A stretch of 64,000 nt of DNA from an uncultured Planctomycetales bacterium (GTDB lineage: Bacteria > Planctomycetota > UBA1135 > CAZZHK01). Location of the stretch: the NCBI GenBank assembly GCA_964653725.1, contig CAZZHK010000004.1:95832-159831 (forward strand), in the 5' to 3' direction. The notes under the pieces were generated by a model. That model ran no database searches and was not told the DNA's origin. It saw only the letters and a program-made list of their open reading frames with translations. A program made the position numbers and the translations under genes. Of the stretch, positions 32,185 through 41,004 are shown piece after piece (positions within the stretch are counted from its first letter, which is position 1; the number at the start of each line of letters is the position of its first letter).

Positions 32185-32194
32185 AATCCCCGCC

Positions 32195-33442
32195 ATGTCA
32201 CTGCGGATCGGCTTCGTCGGCGCGGGCTTCAACACCCGATTCCACATCCAGTCCCTGGTGGAGGTCCGCAACTGCGAGGTCGCCGGCGTCGCGAGCCGCA
32301 CCCTCGCGTCCGCGGAGTCCGCTGCGGGTCTGGCGCACGAGCTCGGCCTAGGTGAGGCGCACACCTTCGAAGACGTCGAAGAGATGGCCGCGGACGAGGG
32401 CATCGATGCCATCTGGATCAATGCGCCCAACGACTCCCGCGTCGCGGTGATGGAGTCAATTCAGGCCGGCAACGCCGGCCGCGACACGCCGTTGCTGGGC
32501 ATCGCCTGCGAGAAGCCGCTGGCGCGCAACTGCGTGGAGGCCGCCCGGGTGGCGGAAATCGCAGCCCAGATGGGCGTGCCGACCGGCTACCTCGAGAACC
32601 AGGTCTTCAGCCCCGCCGTCGAGCGCGGCAAGGAGGTGATCTGGGGCCGAGCGGTGCCGCTGACCGGGCGCCCCTACCTGGCGCGCGCCGCCGAGGAACA
32701 TTCCGGTCCCCACGCGCCGTGGTTCTGGCAGGGGCGGCTGCAGGGCGGCGGCGTTCTGAACGACATGATGTGCCACTCGGTCGAGACGGCGCGCTACCTG
32801 CTGACCGCGCCCGGCGCCCCGCGCTCCTCGCTGACCCCCGTGTCGGTCAGCGCGCAGATCGCGTCCCTCAAGTGGTCGCGCCCCGAATACGTCGAGCGCC
32901 TGAAGGCCGAGCACGGCGACGAGATTGACTACGCGAAGGCGCCCTCCGAGGACTTTGCCAGCGCGACCTTCACCTACGCGGACGAGGACGGACGCACCGT
33001 GATCAGCGAGGTCACGACCTCGTGGTCGTTCGTGGGTGCCGGCCTGCGCCTGTCCTTTGAACTGCTCGGTCCCGAATACTCGATGCGCGCCAACAGCCTG
33101 GACACCGGGCTCGAGGTCTTCCTCAGCAGGCGTGTGGCCGGCGACACCGGCGAGGATCTGGTGGAGAAGCAGAACGCCGAACAGGGCGTGATGCCGGTGG
33201 TGCCCGACGAGGCCTCGGCCTACGGCTACGCCGCGGAGAACCGCCACATGGTGCACGCCTTCCTCGCGGGCGAGGCTCCGCGGTTGACCTTCGACGACGG
33301 CGTGGCGGTGGTGCGGATGCTGATGGCCGCCTACCGCTCCGCCGAGACACAGGCCGCCGTCGACCCGCGCGACGATGGCCTTGCTGACTTCGTCCCCGCC
33401 GTCGCGCAGGGGACCTGGAACCCAAAGGATGGAAACGAATGA
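32195..33442 (+). CDS. Gfo/Idh/MocA family oxidoreductase (cytoplasmic)
   Basis: IGFVGAGF Rossmann fold, CEKPL, GGGVLNDMMCH. Confidence 0.88.
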   Translation: MSLRIGFVGAGFNTRFHIQSLVEVRNCEVAGVASRTLASAESAAGLAHELGLGEAHTFEDVEEMAADEGIDAIWINAPNDSRVAVMESIQAGNAGRDTPLLGIACEKPLARNCVEAARVAEIAAQMGVPTGYLENQVFSPAVERGKEVIWGRAVPLTGRPYLARAAEEHSGPHAPWFWQGRLQGGGVLNDMMCHSVETARYLLTAPGAPRSSLTPVSVSAQIASLKWSRPEYVERLKAEHGDEIDYAKAPSEDFASATFTYADEDGRTVISEVTTSWSFVGAGLRLSFELLGPEYSMRANSLDTGLEVFLSRRVAGDTGEDLVEKQNAEQGVMPVVPDEASAYGYAAENRHMVHAFLAGEAPRLTFDDGVAVVRMLMAAYRSAETQAAVDPRDDGLADFVPAVAQGTWNPKDGNE

Positions 33443-34692
33443 CGACGACGCGACGCACCTTCCTCAAGACCACGGGCGCCGCAGCCGCGGCCGCCTCCCT
33501 GCCTGCCAGCGCCTACGCGCGCGTGATGGGCGCGAACGAGCGCATCCACATCGGGGTCATCGGCACCGGTGGGATGGGGACCGGCCACGTGGACGCCTTC
33601 AGCCGCTGGCACAGCCTGGGCCACGGCGACGTGGACGTGACGGCACTGGCCGACGTCTGCCGCCCCCACCTGCAGCACGCGCACAGCGTCGCGACCGGCA
33701 ACCAGGAGGGTGCAGAAGTCGCCACCCACCGCGACTATCGCGAACTGCTGGACCGCAGCGACGTCGACGGCGTGGTCATCGCCTCGCCGGAGCACTGGCA
33801 TGCCCAGATGTCGATCGACGCGATGGCAGCGGGCAAGGACGTGTACTGCGAGAAGCCGATGACGTTCCACCTGTCGGACGCCATCCGGGTCCTGGATGCG
33901 GCGAAGGACGGCAGCCAGGTGTTCCAGGTCGGCACCCAGCACGTGAACCAGCGCAAGTACCACGCGGCGAAGGAGATCGTGGACTCGGGCGCCGCCGGAC
34001 CGCTGGTCTGGAGCCAGACGTCCTACTGCCGCAACAACCCGACCGGTGAGTGGCTCTACTACGCCATCGACCCCACGGTGGTGCCAGGCCCGGAGCTGGA
34101 CTGGAAGGCCTGGTGCGGTCCGCAGGGCGAGGTCCCCTTCGACACCAACATCTATCACCGCTGGCGGCGCTACAGCGCCTGGTCCACCGGGATCATCGGC
34201 GACCTGCTGGTACACGTCGTCACCCCGATGGTCTGGGCGATGGGCCTCGGCTGGCCGACGCGCATCCAGGCCACCGGCGGCCACTACGTCGACAAGGTGA
34301 TGGACAACTTCGACCAGGTGAACCTGACCGTCCAGTGGGGCGACCGCCACACGATGATCGTGGCGGGCTCGACCTCCAACGAGCGCGGCCTCGAGCCCAT
34401 GATCCGCGGCCACAAGGCCAACATCTTCCTGCAGGGCAAGGACGTGGTGGTGCGGCCCGAGCGCGTCTACGCGGATGACGTCGACGAGCAGCGCATCGAC
34501 TGCGAGCCGGTGAGCGACCATCTCGAACACCGCAAGCACTGGCTGAACTGCATGCGCGAGAGGACCGAGCCCCTCTCGAACGCCGAGTTGGGCGCCCAGT
34601 TGATGGTCATGGTGGACTTGGCCGCCCGCTCCATGTGGGAGGGCCATACCTTCGCCTTCGATCCCGAGTCGCGCACCGCGAAGGCCCTCTGA
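33439..34692 (+). CDS. TAT-exported Gfo/Idh/MocA family oxidoreductase
   Basis: TRRTFLK twin-arginine signal, GVIGTGGMG, IASPEHWH, DVYCEKP, QVGTQ, DLLVH. Confidence 0.9.
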   Translation: MTTTRRTFLKTTGAAAAAASLPASAYARVMGANERIHIGVIGTGGMGTGHVDAFSRWHSLGHGDVDVTALADVCRPHLQHAHSVATGNQEGAEVATHRDYRELLDRSDVDGVVIASPEHWHAQMSIDAMAAGKDVYCEKPMTFHLSDAIRVLDAAKDGSQVFQVGTQHVNQRKYHAAKEIVDSGAAGPLVWSQTSYCRNNPTGEWLYYAIDPTVVPGPELDWKAWCGPQGEVPFDTNIYHRWRRYSAWSTGIIGDLLVHVVTPMVWAMGLGWPTRIQATGGHYVDKVMDNFDQVNLTVQWGDRHTMIVAGSTSNERGLEPMIRGHKANIFLQGKDVVVRPERVYADDVDEQRIDCEPVSDHLEHRKHWLNCMRERTEPLSNAELGAQLMVMVDLAARSMWEGHTFAFDPESRTAKAL

Positions 34693-34754
34693 GCCGGACC
34701 GCCGCAACCCAGGCGGTCGGCGACCGAACGGTCGTACGGCTGGCGCGCGCGGCC

Positions 34755-35567
34755 ATGGCCACGCGATTCGAGTTCGTGCTGGTCGGCACCGACGGCTCGC
34801 AGCTGCGAGCGGCCGGCGAGCGGGCGCTCGACGAGGTGGCGGCCTGGGAGGGCCTGCTGAGCCCCTTCCTGCACGGCTCATGGGTGTCGCGCCTGAACCG
34901 CGACGCAGTGGCGGGCCCGGTCACGGTCCCGGCAGAGGTGTTCGCATTCCTGCATCGGTCTGTCGAGTTGTGGAGGGAGACAAGCGGCGCCTTCGACCCC
35001 ACCGTCGGACCGTTGATGGCGGCCTGGGGGCTGCGTGGTGCGGACGAGGCGAACGAGGAGGCCCGTGCCGCCGCTGCCGCCTCCGTCGGCATGGACGGGG
35101 TGGTCCTCGACACGGCCACACGGACGGTGGCGTACACGCGGCCGAACATGGCGCTGGACGTGGGCGGGGTGGCCAAGGGCTGGGCGCTGGACCGGGCCGC
35201 CGAGGCCATCCGGGAATCCGATGCGGTCGTGAACGGCTTCCTGCTGCACGGGGGGACCTCGACGGTGGTTGCAGCCGGTCGCGACGCCGAAGGCCGCCCG
35301 TGGCGAGTGGGCGTGGCCTCTCCGGCAGATCCGCAGACAGTGACCGAGACAGTGGATCTCGCCGACAGTTCCCTGTCCGTCTCGGCACCCCACGGACGCA
35401 CATCAAGCACGGGCCACCCGCATGTGATGGATCCCCGCTCCGGCCGGCCGGCTGAGGCCTGTCCGCTTGCGGTCGTGACCGCCCGCGACGCCACAACAGC
35501 CGATGCACACTCGACCGCGCTGCTGGTGGCCGGCGGAAGCGAGGCCGCTAGATTGGACCTCGCATGA
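34755..35567 (+). CDS. apbE: FAD:protein FMN transferase (ApbE family), no obvious signal peptide
   Basis: GAFDPTVGPL..W, DVGGVAKG, LSVS, HVMDPRSG, ADAHSTA. The frame is open back to ~34689, so the start is uncertain. Confidence 0.85.
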   Translation: MATRFEFVLVGTDGSQLRAAGERALDEVAAWEGLLSPFLHGSWVSRLNRDAVAGPVTVPAEVFAFLHRSVELWRETSGAFDPTVGPLMAAWGLRGADEANEEARAAAAASVGMDGVVLDTATRTVAYTRPNMALDVGGVAKGWALDRAAEAIRESDAVVNGFLLHGGTSTVVAAGRDAEGRPWRVGVASPADPQTVTETVDLADSSLSVSAPHGRTSSTGHPHVMDPRSGRPAEACPLAVVTARDATTADAHSTALLVAGGSEAARLDLA

Positions 35568-36829
35568 GTGACTCCGGCATGAGCGGATTCGGCGTTGACC
35601 GCCGCACGTTCCTTACCCATGCAGCCACCGGCCTGGCCGCCGTGGCACTGTCGCCTGATCTGGCAGCGCTGCTGCCGCCGCGGCCGCGTGGCAAGCAGGT
35701 CGGCATCGGACTTGTCGGCTGCGGCCGCCAGGGCCGCAAGATTCTTCGCGAACTTGCCAAGATCGAGGGCTGCCGCGTGGCTGCGGTCTGCGATACGGAC
35801 GGCCGACGCCTGAAGCGGGCCGGCCAGATCGCGGGCGACGGCGCAGAGTCGTTTGCCGACGCCGCCGCCATGCTCGCGGACGCCAAGGGCGTGGACGCGG
35901 TGGTCATCGCCACGCCGACCCACAAGCACCTGGAAGTCACCCTCGCCGCCATCGAGGCCGGGCGCGCGGTGTACATCGAGACACCGCTAGAGAACACCAA
36001 TGAGCGAGCCGGCGCCCTGGCCCAGGCTGCCGCATCCGCCGGTGCGCCGGTCGCGGCCGGAGCCACCGCCCGCACCAACCCTGTCTACAAGCTGGCCCGA
36101 TCGTTCCGCCGCTCCGGCGCCATCGAGGACGTGGTCAGCGTTCGCGCCCAGTGGATGGACAAGACTTCATGGCGCACGGCCGCCGGCGATCCGGTCCGCG
36201 ACAAGGCCCTCAACTGGAAACTGGACCAGGACGTCAGCCTGGGGCTGCCAGGCGAGATGGGCTGCCACGCGTTCGACCTGCTGCACTGGTTCTGCGGCAT
36301 CCAGCCGACCGCGGTCACAGGCGGCAGCGCCGTGGTCTTCCACCACGACGGCCGCAAGGTCGCCGACACCGCCCATCTGAGCCTGTCCCTGCCTCGAGGG
36401 GCGCACATGACCTGGGAGGCAAGCCTGGCCAACTCATACGACGGGGAACTGGCGGTGATCCGGGGCACGGGCGGCACCTTCCGCCTGGCGGAAACCCATG
36501 CGTGGCTCTTCAAGGAGGCCGACTCCCCCACCCAGGGCTGGGAGGTTTACGCCCACCGCGAGATGGTCGGCAAGGAGCAGGGCATCGTCCTGATCGCCGA
36601 CGCCACCAAGTTGGCGGCGCGATCCAAGCTGGAGGAGGGGATCGGTCTGCCGCATCCGCCGCTCTACTACGCGCTCCACGCCTTTGTCACCGCAGTGGCC
36701 GAGGGCGGCGAACCCGGCTGCACGGTGGTGGACGCCCTGCCGGCGACATCCGTGTCGGTGTGGGCGGCCCACGCCGCCCGATCGGGCGAGCGGATCCCGC
36801 TCGGCCCTGGACCCGAGGGGCCCAAGTGA
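35564..36829 (+). CDS. TAT-exported Gfo/Idh/MocA family protein with altered EKP motif
   Basis: DRRTFL twin-arginine signal, GLVGCGRQG, IATPTHKH, YIETPL, EMGCH. Confidence 0.85.
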   Translation: MSDSGMSGFGVDRRTFLTHAATGLAAVALSPDLAALLPPRPRGKQVGIGLVGCGRQGRKILRELAKIEGCRVAAVCDTDGRRLKRAGQIAGDGAESFADAAAMLADAKGVDAVVIATPTHKHLEVTLAAIEAGRAVYIETPLENTNERAGALAQAAASAGAPVAAGATARTNPVYKLARSFRRSGAIEDVVSVRAQWMDKTSWRTAAGDPVRDKALNWKLDQDVSLGLPGEMGCHAFDLLHWFCGIQPTAVTGGSAVVFHHDGRKVADTAHLSLSLPRGAHMTWEASLANSYDGELAVIRGTGGTFRLAETHAWLFKEADSPTQGWEVYAHREMVGKEQGIVLIADATKLAARSKLEEGIGLPHPPLYYALHAFVTAVAEGGEPGCTVVDALPATSVSVWAAHAARSGERIPLGPGPEGPK

Positions 36830-37599
36830 TCCGCAGAGCCCTCCCTGCTGCCGCCCTCCTGCTCGGCGCCTGCACGGCGCAGGAGCCCATCGCGGCAGAA
36901 CCCACCCGTGTGCTGGTCTACGTCCAGTCGGCGGGCTACGAGCACGGCGTCGCCAAGCGCGCGGAGCAGGACGGCCTGAGCCTGGTCGAGCGCCAGTGGC
37001 AGGCCTGGGGTGGCGAGGACGACCGCCTTGCGGTGACTTGCTGGGATCCGGCCACCCCGTTCACAGCCGAGAGGCTGGAGCGCTTCGACGCGGTCTTCTT
37101 CTACACGACCGGCGAACTGCCTGTCCCGATGGAGAGCCGCCAGGCGCTGCTCGCCTGGGTGGACTCCGGCGGCGCCTTCACCGGTGCCCACTGCGCCACC
37201 GACACCTATTACGAGTGGGCACCCTGGGGCGACCTGATCGGCGCCTACTTCGATGGCCACCCCTGGCACGAGGAAGTCCGGGTCACCGTCGAGGACGGCG
37301 CCCACCCCTCGACCACACATCTGGGGGACTCGTTCGCCATCACCGACGAGATCTACCAGTTCAAGTCGCCCTACGCGCGCGACCGCCTGCACGTACTGCT
37401 GACTCTCGACACGTCGTCCGTGTCCCTCGACAAGCCAACTGTCAAGCGCACGGACGGTGACTTCGCGATCAGCTGGACGCGTGAGCAGGGCGAGGGCCGC
37501 GTCTTCTACACGGCCATGGGCCACCGCCCCGACGTCTGGCAGGACCCCCGTTTTCGGCGCCATCTCATTGAAGGCGTCCTCTGGGCTGCTCGCCGATAG
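36826..37599 (+). CDS. ThuA-like (trehalose utilisation) domain lipoprotein
   Basis: Lipobox LLGAC; GYEH, FYTTGE, GG.F.G.H.ATDT, FDGHP, DEIYQF, GRVFYTAMGH. Confidence 0.85.
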   Translation: MIRRALPAAALLLGACTAQEPIAAEPTRVLVYVQSAGYEHGVAKRAEQDGLSLVERQWQAWGGEDDRLAVTCWDPATPFTAERLERFDAVFFYTTGELPVPMESRQALLAWVDSGGAFTGAHCATDTYYEWAPWGDLIGAYFDGHPWHEEVRVTVEDGAHPSTTHLGDSFAITDEIYQFKSPYARDRLHVLLTLDTSSVSLDKPTVKRTDGDFAISWTREQGEGRVFYTAMGHRPDVWQDPRFRRHLIEGVLWAARR

Positions 37600-37650
37600 C
37601 GGGGCTCCGGTAGGGTGGGGAAGGACCCAAGGCCATTCCAGGAGGATGCC

Positions 37651-39354
37651 ATGCCGCTGTTCTTCGCCGCCCTTCCCCTCTTCATCCCGCAGCAACCGCT
37701 TGCCGAGCGGACCGTCGCCATCACCACGCCCGCAGGCGTTTTCTACCGGAACGATGCGGCTGGCACACCGTCAGCGCACCGGACACCGCCGTTGCTGCCG
37801 GTTACCGCGCCCGGTCTGCGGTGGACCGAGTACGACAACGGGCTCTCATGGATCTGCCGCTCGGTCGGGATCAGTGACGACGGGCAATCCGCCTGGCTGG
37901 GCAAATACCTCAACAACGAGGAATTGACGTTGTCGGGCATCCGAGACTTCTCGGCTGTCCAGCCGGTCTGGGCCGACGTGGACCCGGGCCTCTTGTACAC
38001 ATCCGTCTGGCAGAACGTGGACGGGGCACGAGGTGGTGACGGCGCCATTGTCGGCGTGTGGCAGCAGCAACTGGGCACCGCTGGCCCGCCTCCGTTTGCG
38101 GAGATTCGTCTCTACCGGCGAGGCTCGAGCACACCCGTGGCCGCTTACCAACCGAATGCGCCCTGGGACGATCAACTGCCGGACGTCGGGATCTCTCGTG
38201 ACGGATCGCTCGCCGTTGCAGGAATGGGAGTCTATGGAGGATCCCTGTCCACCTCGGACATCTGGGTCTTCGAGCCCCTGTCGTCCTCGCCCGGGATTCC
38301 CATCCTTCAGTTCTCTGTCCCGGGAAGCAGCAGTCTTCGCGAACTCGACCTGTCGGAAGACGGCACCAGGCTGCTCGTGGCGAGCGGCAATACGGTCACG
38401 GTGGCCGACACCGCCACGGGCGCCGCACTCCATTCGTACGGGACGGTGGGCATTGACGCGCATGCAATCGACTACGACGGCGACACTGCGGTTCGCGGCG
38501 GTTTTGACGTCGAGGCCTGGCGAGAAACGAGTTCCGGATCCTGGACCAAGATCCTCGACTGGACGACGGCCGAGACGCCCGTCGGCATTTGGGTCTACGA
38601 CGCGATCGACGTCTCTCCGGACGGCATGACCATGGTTGTTACCGGCCGTATGTCCTCGAATTCGTCGCGTGTCCGCGTGTGGGGCTTCGACCTGTCGGGC
38701 ACAGTCAGCAGCCCGGCCTGGGAATGGAAGAGCGACGGATTCGGTGGCTACCAGGATGTACCGGTGGCCGTGGCTTCGGATGCCGAGGGGAACTCCTTCG
38801 CCGTCGGGTTCTGGGGCGACGAGTTCAACGCACACGAGGAAGTCATGGTCTTCGACGGTGCACTCGGGACGGTTCTGCAAACGCTCGACACCCCCGGCTC
38901 TGTCTTCGATCTCGAAATGTCGCTCGACGGCCAATTCATTGCCGTTGGCACAAAGGCCGTGCATGCCAACACCTTTGGCAACGGAGGCGAGGCGTACTCG
39001 CTGGATGCCGGCGGCCGGGACCTGACGATCCGCGGCGCCACGGCGCTGGGGCGGACGGTCCAATTCGAAGTGGACGGACCCACTGGCGATTTCGCGGTCC
39101 TGCTGACCGGGGCGCCAATGGCACCGTTGCCTCTCTCCGGGATCTCCGGGACCCTCGAGGTGGACCCCGGCATCATGAAGATGATCGCGCTCGGTCCGCT
39201 GCCCGCAGGCGGGCTCGTCCTACCGGTGACGGTACCCGCAGGCGACATGTCCCTCGTGGGCGGATCCACCATCCACTGCCAGACCTTGCTAATCGCGGGC
39301 AACCTATCCGCGGCCTCACTGACGAACGCGATCCCGGTCGTCTTCTACCCCTAG
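37651..39354 (+). CDS. Secreted WD40/YVTN-like beta-propeller protein with a C-terminal beta domain
   Basis: AGGAGG SD upstream; short signal ending PQQ; repeats ISDDG, ISRDG, LSEDG, VSPDG, MSLDG; C-terminal domain ending LTNAIPVVFYP. Confidence 0.75.
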   Translation: MPLFFAALPLFIPQQPLAERTVAITTPAGVFYRNDAAGTPSAHRTPPLLPVTAPGLRWTEYDNGLSWICRSVGISDDGQSAWLGKYLNNEELTLSGIRDFSAVQPVWADVDPGLLYTSVWQNVDGARGGDGAIVGVWQQQLGTAGPPPFAEIRLYRRGSSTPVAAYQPNAPWDDQLPDVGISRDGSLAVAGMGVYGGSLSTSDIWVFEPLSSSPGIPILQFSVPGSSSLRELDLSEDGTRLLVASGNTVTVADTATGAALHSYGTVGIDAHAIDYDGDTAVRGGFDVEAWRETSSGSWTKILDWTTAETPVGIWVYDAIDVSPDGMTMVVTGRMSSNSSRVRVWGFDLSGTVSSPAWEWKSDGFGGYQDVPVAVASDAEGNSFAVGFWGDEFNAHEEVMVFDGALGTVLQTLDTPGSVFDLEMSLDGQFIAVGTKAVHANTFGNGGEAYSLDAGGRDLTIRGATALGRTVQFEVDGPTGDFAVLLTGAPMAPLPLSGISGTLEVDPGIMKMIALGPLPAGGLVLPVTVPAGDMSLVGGSTIHCQTLLIAGNLSAASLTNAIPVVFYP

Positions 39355-39390
39355 ACGGCCCGCCGCCATTTCTCGGGGCACCACCAGCCC

Positions 39391-40872
39391 CTAGGGCTGG
39401 TAAGTCTCGACATCGAGCGGGCCGCCACCCACCAGCATCACCGTGCCGTCGGGCAGGGTATGGCAGAGCGGGCCGAGGCGCGGCCAAGCCATCGAGCCGG
39501 TCGGGCTCCAGGCGTCGTTCTGCAGCACGTCGCAGGTCTCCGACACGACATACACGGACGCCAGGGGATCGCTGGCATCGAAGTAGAGATCCAGGCCGCC
39601 CACGACGAGCGCCCCGCCTCCGGGCAGGGGAGCCAGGCCCGCCAGGGTCCGCCCACTGGACATGCCCGCCACCGTCTGGAAACTGCCAAAGAAGCCGTCC
39701 GTGTAGATCTCGCCATCGTCACGGGTCTCGACTACCACCTGGGTCAAATCGCCCGATGTGATGACTCCGCTCAAGTCTAGACCCAGGCCGCCCACCACCA
39801 GGGCCCGCCCATCATCAAGCGCCACAGCCGAGTGCATGAAGCGCGGCGCTGCCATCAGCTTCGGCAAACTCCAAGTCCCGAAGGTCGGGTTATAGATGTA
39901 CGCGGTATTCGACACCGTCGGCAGATTGATGAACGGAATGAGGGTGATGCCCCCGGCCACCATGACCTTGCCGCCTGTCAACGTGGTCTGGGTGTGCATG
40001 GCACGCGGCTCCAGCATCAATCCGCCGCCCGAAAACGAGTCGGTGGAAGGATTGAATATCTCTGCAGAAGCCTGGACGCCCGATAGGAACGCAAGGACAT
40101 CCGTCAGGTCAAAGACCGAGAAGCCTCCGGTCACCAGCACGCGCCCGTCATTCATCAAAGAGGCGGCATGGCCAGCCCGAGGTGCCGCCATCTGGATGAT
40201 CGTTGTCAGCCCGGTATCCGGGTCAAACAGGGCGGCCTCAGCGGCCGGCGCGCCGTCCAAGCCGATGCCGCCCGCAAAAAGGATGCGGCCATCGGCGAGC
40301 ACCGTCGCCGTGGACAGGGCCCCCGCCCCGATGCTGATGCCCACGTCCTCGAAGTCCTCCAGCCAGGGCAGGTAGCGGCGCACCAGAAGGCCCGAGCCGC
40401 CGGCAATGATGACGCTGCCGTCCGGCTGGGTGGAGGCCGCACCGGCCCCGAGCGGGACAATCGGCAAGTTCAGGATGCGGGTGACCGTCCCGGGCGCAGC
40501 AGGCGTCACGCGGCAGAGGTTGCTGACCGCGTCTAGCCCCGCCCCCTGGATGGCCTGGAAGGACAGCACCACCTGGGCCAGGGTCGGGTCGTCGGGAAGG
40601 GCAACGATCCCGCTTGCCTGGCCGCCCCCGTCAAGGAATCCGAAGAAGCCGGGCAGCATGAACGTGAAGTCCAGGAAATCCAGATTGACTTCCAACGTCA
40701 CCCCCGGCGCGATGGGGGTCTGTTCCTCCTCGATCGCGCCCACGATCAGGTAGAGTTCGCCAGCCTCCCCCGTGACTTCCAACGTGGTGGCACCAGGCAA
40801 CGCTCCTCCCACGTGCCGCAACTCCAGACCCTGCGCCAGGACTCCAGCCAGGATCAGCGAGACAGCGTTCAT
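39391..40872 (-). CDS. Secreted Kelch-repeat (galactose-oxidase-like) beta-propeller protein with an N-terminal beta domain
   Basis: Signal MNAVSLILAGVLAQ; repeats PR..H.A..L.DGRVLV.GG, AE.F.P. Confidence 0.82.
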   Translation of the reverse strand: MNAVSLILAGVLAQGLELRHVGGALPGATTLEVTGEAGELYLIVGAIEEEQTPIAPGVTLEVNLDFLDFTFMLPGFFGFLDGGGQASGIVALPDDPTLAQVVLSFQAIQGAGLDAVSNLCRVTPAAPGTVTRILNLPIVPLGAGAASTQPDGSVIIAGGSGLLVRRYLPWLEDFEDVGISIGAGALSTATVLADGRILFAGGIGLDGAPAAEAALFDPDTGLTTIIQMAAPRAGHAASLMNDGRVLVTGGFSVFDLTDVLAFLSGVQASAEIFNPSTDSFSGGGLMLEPRAMHTQTTLTGGKVMVAGGITLIPFINLPTVSNTAYIYNPTFGTWSLPKLMAAPRFMHSAVALDDGRALVVGGLGLDLSGVITSGDLTQVVVETRDDGEIYTDGFFGSFQTVAGMSSGRTLAGLAPLPGGGALVVGGLDLYFDASDPLASVYVVSETCDVLQNDAWSPTGSMAWPRLGPLCHTLPDGTVMLVGGGPLDVETYQP

Positions 40873-40895
40873 TACCGTAATCCTACCGCGCAGAG

Positions 40896-40970
40896 TGGTT
40901 ACCCGGCGAGGACTTGAACCTCGACTGACAGGACCAAAACCTGTTGTGCTACCAATTACACCACCGGGTA
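40896..40970 (-). tRNA. tRNA-Gln (anticodon TTG), CCA encoded
   Basis: Reverse complement TACCCGG-TG-GTGTAATTGGTAGCAC-A-ACAGG-TTTTGGT-CCTGT-CAGT-CGAGGTTCAAGTCCTCG-CCGGGTA-ACCA forms a cloverleaf. Confidence 0.96.
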
Positions 40971-41004
40971 TCGCTGCCTAGCGCGGTGAGGATAGCGGGC
41001 GGAC

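Noticed and set aside
40896-40970. Prophage or integrative element at tRNA-Gln
   Set aside because: No integrase and no duplicated tRNA 3' end found nearby.
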